The notes under the pieces were generated by a model. It ran no database searches. It saw nothing but the letters and a program-made list of their open reading frames with translations, and had not been told where the DNA came from. The position numbers and the translations under genes are program-made. Shown here one piece after another: positions 36,389-40,263 of a stretch of 40,263 nt of DNA; the stretch's first letter is position 1; each line of letters begins with the position of its first letter. This DNA comes from Candidatus Woesearchaeota archaeon (GTDB taxonomy: Archaea; Nanobdellota; Nanobdellia; SCGC-AAA011-G17; JAGVXY01): NCBI GenBank assembly GCA_018303545.1, contig JAGVXY010000014.1, positions 1 to 40,263 of the forward strand, written 5' to 3'.

Positions 36389-38190
36389 TTTCTCTTTAAT
36401 ATATTTTCAGCTTCTTTTATTGACTTATCCAGATTGTTTATTTCGCTTCCAGGACCTTTTCCTATTGGACTGAATTGAAAACCTTTAACTGGACCTGCCT
36501 TGAATCCAGTTCTTTCAGGCCTATTACCTGGTTTCTTTATGACCAAGAAATAAACAGCGATTAAACCAACTAAAAGTATGACTAATAGGACATAAATCCA
36601 AGTCAGATTGCTTTCTTTAGGGGAATCCGTTGGGCAATCATCAGGGCACGTTGTTGAATCCTCATTATCTTCACAAATGCCATCGCCACATTCAACGATT
36701 GAACTAATTAGCGAGCAATCGTTATTGTAATCACATTCATATCCGGGATTACAGTCTGAATCATCTCTACAGTCTACGCATGAACCCAAATAACAGTAAT
36801 TTTTACCTTCTAATTCACAATCTATGTCCATAATGCACTGATCATTGCAAGACCTTAAGCATGGTCCACCACAATCAATGCCCTCTTCACCTAGGTCAGA
36901 ATCAATATCCCCATTGCTACAGTGATCAGGTATTGCTGGTGAGGTGCAGTCAGTAGGGCAATTAGTATAATCTTCGCCTTGGTCTGCATCACAAGTGCCA
37001 TCTTTATCACATATAAATGTCTGACCTTCACATGAAGGGCATCCGCCACCGCAATCAACATCGGTTTCTAAACCATTCTTAATGCCATCTGTACACGTTG
37101 GGAATTCTATGCTTGCATCGGGATAGGCTGCGAATAATGTCATTGCTGTGTCTTTGACATTACCATTCCAAGAACCATCTGGCCTTACCTTCGTCTCAAT
37201 CCATGATTTGGTGTTATCAAATTTGTTTGCATAATATGCTGTTGAAGTTGTGAAAATGTTTTTATTTGCAAAGCTTCCATCAGTGCCGATACTTGCAGTC
37301 AAATCTGTGAGGTATTGCTCTTTGCCTGTAATTATGAACATCATAGCCGAGTTAAAAGGATCTGTCTTATCATAGTTTGATGTCAAATAACTTATTGTAT
37401 TTGTCTCACTGCCTATAACTTTCAAAGCCCAGTTAGCATATAGACTTGAACGATAATCACAGCTGTCCTTGAATCCTATACCAAAACAGCCATTTTGTAT
37501 ATGCAATTCGGCGCTTGATGATGCTTCATCTGCGATTATATAATAAGAATTTTCGGTATTATATAAAATTGTCAAATGGCTTGCGCCTAAATCTGAGCAA
37601 TCAACTTTTAATGTCAAAAATGGATTGCCTGCTATAAGGCCTGATTCAAAGCATTTATCAATATCCAGCCATTTTTTATAGGCGCACCTATTTGTCAAAT
37701 TTCCATCGATGAATGAAGCGTAAAATGTTTTTGTCTGGTTGCTTTGAATATTTAAATATGAAATACTGCAATTTCCAGTGCCTGTTGCAATAATTTGAAG
37801 GTACCATTTTCCCGAAACTAATGCAGCAGATTGCGCTTTTTTAAACCAGTCATCTATTTCAACTGTTTCTTCTCCTTCTTTTTGGAATGCCAATGCAGTT
37901 ACGGCTGTGTCTATTACCTTGCAGTTTGTTCTTGGAAGACATTTCTGTATTACATTTTGCTGACTTTTTAAGAAATCTATCGCCAATCCAGTTTTAACTG
38001 TTTCACCTGCAGATTTTAATGCTAGATACGACAATGAGGTGTCTATGATATCCCCAAAGCTTCCAGAGGATTTTCCCTGCGCTAATAACCAATCATAAGA
38101 TCTTTGAACTTCAAATGTTTCGTTTGCTGCTAGGACTGATGTTGATAGCACCAGGATTGCCAGAAATATTAACGTGAAACCTCTTTTCAT
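36385..38190 (-). CDS. Surface protein with prenyltransferase/alpha-alpha-barrel-like repeats and Cys-rich stalk
   Basis: GSFGDIIDTSLSYLAL, DTAVTALAF, DGSF, DGSWNG..DTAMTLFA; ETDVDCGG and CGDGIC motifs; TM anchor. Confidence 0.72.
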   Translation of the reverse strand: MKRGFTLIFLAILVLSTSVLAANETFEVQRSYDWLLAQGKSSGSFGDIIDTSLSYLALKSAGETVKTGLAIDFLKSQQNVIQKCLPRTNCKVIDTAVTALAFQKEGEETVEIDDWFKKAQSAALVSGKWYLQIIATGTGNCSISYLNIQSNQTKTFYASFIDGNLTNRCAYKKWLDIDKCFESGLIAGNPFLTLKVDCSDLGASHLTILYNTENSYYIIADEASSSAELHIQNGCFGIGFKDSCDYRSSLYANWALKVIGSETNTISYLTSNYDKTDPFNSAMMFIITGKEQYLTDLTASIGTDGSFANKNIFTTSTAYYANKFDNTKSWIETKVRPDGSWNGNVKDTAMTLFAAYPDASIEFPTCTDGIKNGLETDVDCGGGCPSCEGQTFICDKDGTCDADQGEDYTNCPTDCTSPAIPDHCSNGDIDSDLGEEGIDCGGPCLRSCNDQCIMDIDCELEGKNYCYLGSCVDCRDDSDCNPGYECDYNNDCSLISSIVECGDGICEDNEDSTTCPDDCPTDSPKESNLTWIYVLLVILLVGLIAVYFLVIKKPGNRPERTGFKAGPVKGFQFSPIGKGPGSEINNLDKSIKEAENILKRK

Positions 38191-38289
38191 TGCTTATACA
38201 CCTCGTCTTTTATATATTTTTTAAATTGGTTTGCTAAATATTTAAAGCTTATGGTAAAACTTAATAATCTATTTGCTTTTTATGGTTAT

Positions 38290-38889
38290 ATGCTTTTAGA
38301 AAAAGTTCGTAAGTTTGATGAAGGGCATCGTGCTTTGATATACACTGCCTTATATAAGGGCTATAAGGTTGCTATCAAAAAGTCAAAAGAAACTGCTGCA
38401 GGGAATACTGTTGCTAATGAGGCTAAGTGGCTTAAATTATTGAATAAATTTAAGATTGGGCCTAGATTTGTTTTTTCTTCAGATGATATTTTGATTTATA
38501 AGTTTGTTGATGGGGCATTGTTGCCTGAGTTTATTTCTAAAGTTAAGAACGTTAAACCTGTTTTAAAGAAGGTATTAGATCAGTGCAGAGTGATGGATAA
38601 GCTTCGAGTTAATAAGGAAGAGATGACAAATCCTTACAAACATATATTTGTTAAGGGAGGAAAGGTTACTATGATTGACTTTGAGAGATGCAAGAAAACC
38701 TCTAAACCCAAAAATGTTACGCAGTTTTGCCAATACTTAACTTCTGGTTTTCTTTCGGGATTATTGAGGAAAAAAGGAATCGAATTTGATAAGGAAAAGA
38801 TGATCTTATTATTGAAAAATTATAAACGAAAGATGAGTGATGAGAATTATAAAAGATATAAAAGAATTTTGAAGTTTATAATTGGTTAG
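38290..38889 (+). CDS. Archaeal Ser/Thr protein kinase-like protein (RIO/Bud32-related)
   Basis: VAIKK, NEAKWL, IGP, MIDFE, KPKNVTQ; start could also be 38251. Confidence 0.85.
   Translation: MLLEKVRKFDEGHRALIYTALYKGYKVAIKKSKETAAGNTVANEAKWLKLLNKFKIGPRFVFSSDDILIYKFVDGALLPEFISKVKNVKPVLKKVLDQCRVMDKLRVNKEEMTNPYKHIFVKGGKVTMIDFERCKKTSKPKNVTQFCQYLTSGFLSGLLRKKGIEFDKEKMILLLKNYKRKMSDENYKRYKRILKFIIG
38758..38856 (+). repeat. 99-bp direct repeat, copy 1 (within the kinase 3' region)
   Basis: Identical by eye to 40165-40263. Confidence 0.93.
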
Positions 38890-38941
38890 ATTAGTTTGAT
38901 AATTTAATAATTATCACCACTATTATGTAATTTGTATTAGT

Positions 38942-39493
38942 TTATATCCCTGCAAGGGGTTTGTGTTTGCTTGAGGCAGAAATAATACGATCCCTTAATT
39001 TTTTGGCCTCTTCTTTATTTAAATTTGGGATTAATGGTCCTGTTGTAATTGGGAGATATTGCTTTACATTCTCATAAGGATTATATCCTGCTTCTCTTGC
39101 TGTTTCTATTGAAATTGAAGACAATCTAAATAACCTTTGCATAAAAGTTTCGTAAATTATTACGTGCTGAATCTTTGAATAGGGTAAATTTTTTTCAAAT
39201 TTTCCTAATATCCCTCCTGAGAAAAAAAAGTTTTTCCCTTCAATGGAATATTTAAGTGAAGAAAGATAAAAATAGTCATATATGACGGAGAGGATAATAA
39301 TCAAACAACAGAAAAAGATAATTACCCCAATTATGAGGATAATTAATAATAATTGCGCCTTTTCTAAAGTTGAATGAACTAACCATAGAAGAATGAATAA
39401 ACCTGAACTTATAATAATGATAATTAGTGATGTTGAAAACAGGTTGAGTTGTATACTCTTTTTGATTTGAATCGGATAGGGGTTGTTATTCAT
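38942..39493 (-). CDS. Bacterial PH-domain (bPH_2/YdbS-like) membrane protein
   Basis: Two TMs, then GILGKFEKNLPYSKIQHV, QRLFRL, IETA. Confidence 0.85.
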   Translation of the reverse strand: MNNNPYPIQIKKSIQLNLFSTSLIIIIISSGLFILLWLVHSTLEKAQLLLIILIIGVIIFFCCLIIILSVIYDYFYLSSLKYSIEGKNFFFSGGILGKFEKNLPYSKIQHVIIYETFMQRLFRLSSISIETAREAGYNPYENVKQYLPITTGPLIPNLNKEEAKKLRDRIISASSKHKPLAGI

Positions 39494-40017
39494 TTTGTTC
39501 TGTGAATTCCTGAGAGGATTAGCTTTTTTATTGCTTCTGAACCCACTTTATCTAATCCATCTATGTGCGAAAGACTACCTGAAATCGTTGTTGCACTGCT
39601 AACGTGAACATCATATAAACCAAAAATCCTATCAAGAATATCCTGATCTACATAGACATCTTGAATTCGATTTAACGGGAGAGTTATTTCACTCCTGGAA
39701 AAAACTCCTTTTTTTATGATTAAACTCTTTCCAACTAAATCATAAAAATAATATTTTATATAAACAACTTCATAAATATACTTCAATATAATTAGTAAAA
39801 TAATTAGACTAATTAAAATGGGAATAATCAACCAAAGGTTAAAACTTGAAAAAATGTTTTTTCCCGAATCAATATTTTTGGAAATTAAATTCAGAATAAG
39901 GGGAATCCCTATAAGAACAAGGATAATTGAACCAAAAGTGAATCCTCCTACACTAACTATCGTTTTTTTCAAGGGTTTAGTCTTTTGGAGGGGATACCCT
40001 TCTCGTAATGTTCCCAT
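39490..40017 (-). CDS. Bacterial PH-domain (bPH_2/YdbS-like) membrane protein
   Basis: Two TMs, KKGVFSRSEITLPLNRIQDV, DRIFGL, IDGL; start moved to MGTLR at 40017. Confidence 0.88.
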   Translation of the reverse strand: MGTLREGYPLQKTKPLKKTIVSVGGFTFGSIILVLIGIPLILNLISKNIDSGKNIFSSFNLWLIIPILISLIILLIILKYIYEVVYIKYYFYDLVGKSLIIKKGVFSRSEITLPLNRIQDVYVDQDILDRIFGLYDVHVSSATTISGSLSHIDGLDKVGSEAIKKLILSGIHRTK

Positions 40018-40164
40018 TCTATTATGTTTTTTTGTTGATTTATAAATGTTTCGAAAAATAAATTTTCCGAGAAAGACTATCTTCCAAACCAAGCAAGCCC
40101 TTCTTGATGCAAGGAGAGAAATATTCTTCTGAAATTTTTTCTTCAGGCAAATTCTTTTCTTTCT

Positions 40165-40263
40165 GGATTATTGAGGAAAAAAGGAATCGAATTTGATAAG
40201 GAAAAGATGATCTTATTATTGAAAAATTATAAACGAAAGATGAGTGATGAGAATTATAAAAGA
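40165..40263 (+). repeat. 99-bp direct repeat, copy 2 (runs off the window end); partial kinase 3' duplicate
   Basis: Matches 38758-38856; the kinase frame is closed upstream by TGA at 40105-40107. Confidence 0.93.

Noticed and set aside
36385-38190. Alpha-2-macroglobulin thioester protein or true squalene cyclase
   Set aside because: No CGEQ thioester motif and no DxDD motif in the barrel-like region; the protein is exported
1-40263. CRISPR array, cas genes, tRNA/rRNA, transposase or integrase
   Set aside because: No periodic repeat-spacer pattern, cloverleaf, GC-rich structural RNA or recombinase motif recognised by eye
40105-40263. Second full kinase paralog
   Set aside because: In-frame stop upstream and no similarity to the kinase 5' region; only a 3' fragment is duplicated

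Overview
AT-rich archaeal chromosomal segment. Gene content and style suggest a DPANN archaeon, probably Woesearchaeota-like (inference). It opens with a cdc6-DP1-DP2 replication operon, and DP2 carries a 479-aa LAGLIDADG intein ending in Tyr-Gln. A ~3 kb accessory island (about 9.9-13.0 kb) follows, with four separately promoted DNA-processing genes: a mini GIY-YIG nuclease, a PD-(D/E)XK nuclease, a putative HhH-like glycosylase and a divergent Fe-S UDG-family enzyme. This is the best candidate for an undescribed system, possibly defence against modified viral DNA. Housekeeping genes include cysS, an NFACT-R-only protein, rps19e, rpl39e, rpl31e, cbf5, a HerA-like ATPase, a ZIP transporter, hjc and amrS. 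A coupled radical SAM-TRAM / degenerate THUMP methyltransferase / ArmA-Rmt-like trio precedes a 53-aa histone that the ORF track missed. Several large Cys-rich surface proteins are present, one with a transglutaminase-like domain and one with alpha/alpha-barrel-like repeats. The last 99 bp exactly duplicate part of the 3' end of the kinase gene. No tRNA, rRNA, CRISPR array or transposase was recognised. All calls are by motif recognition only; no searches were run.
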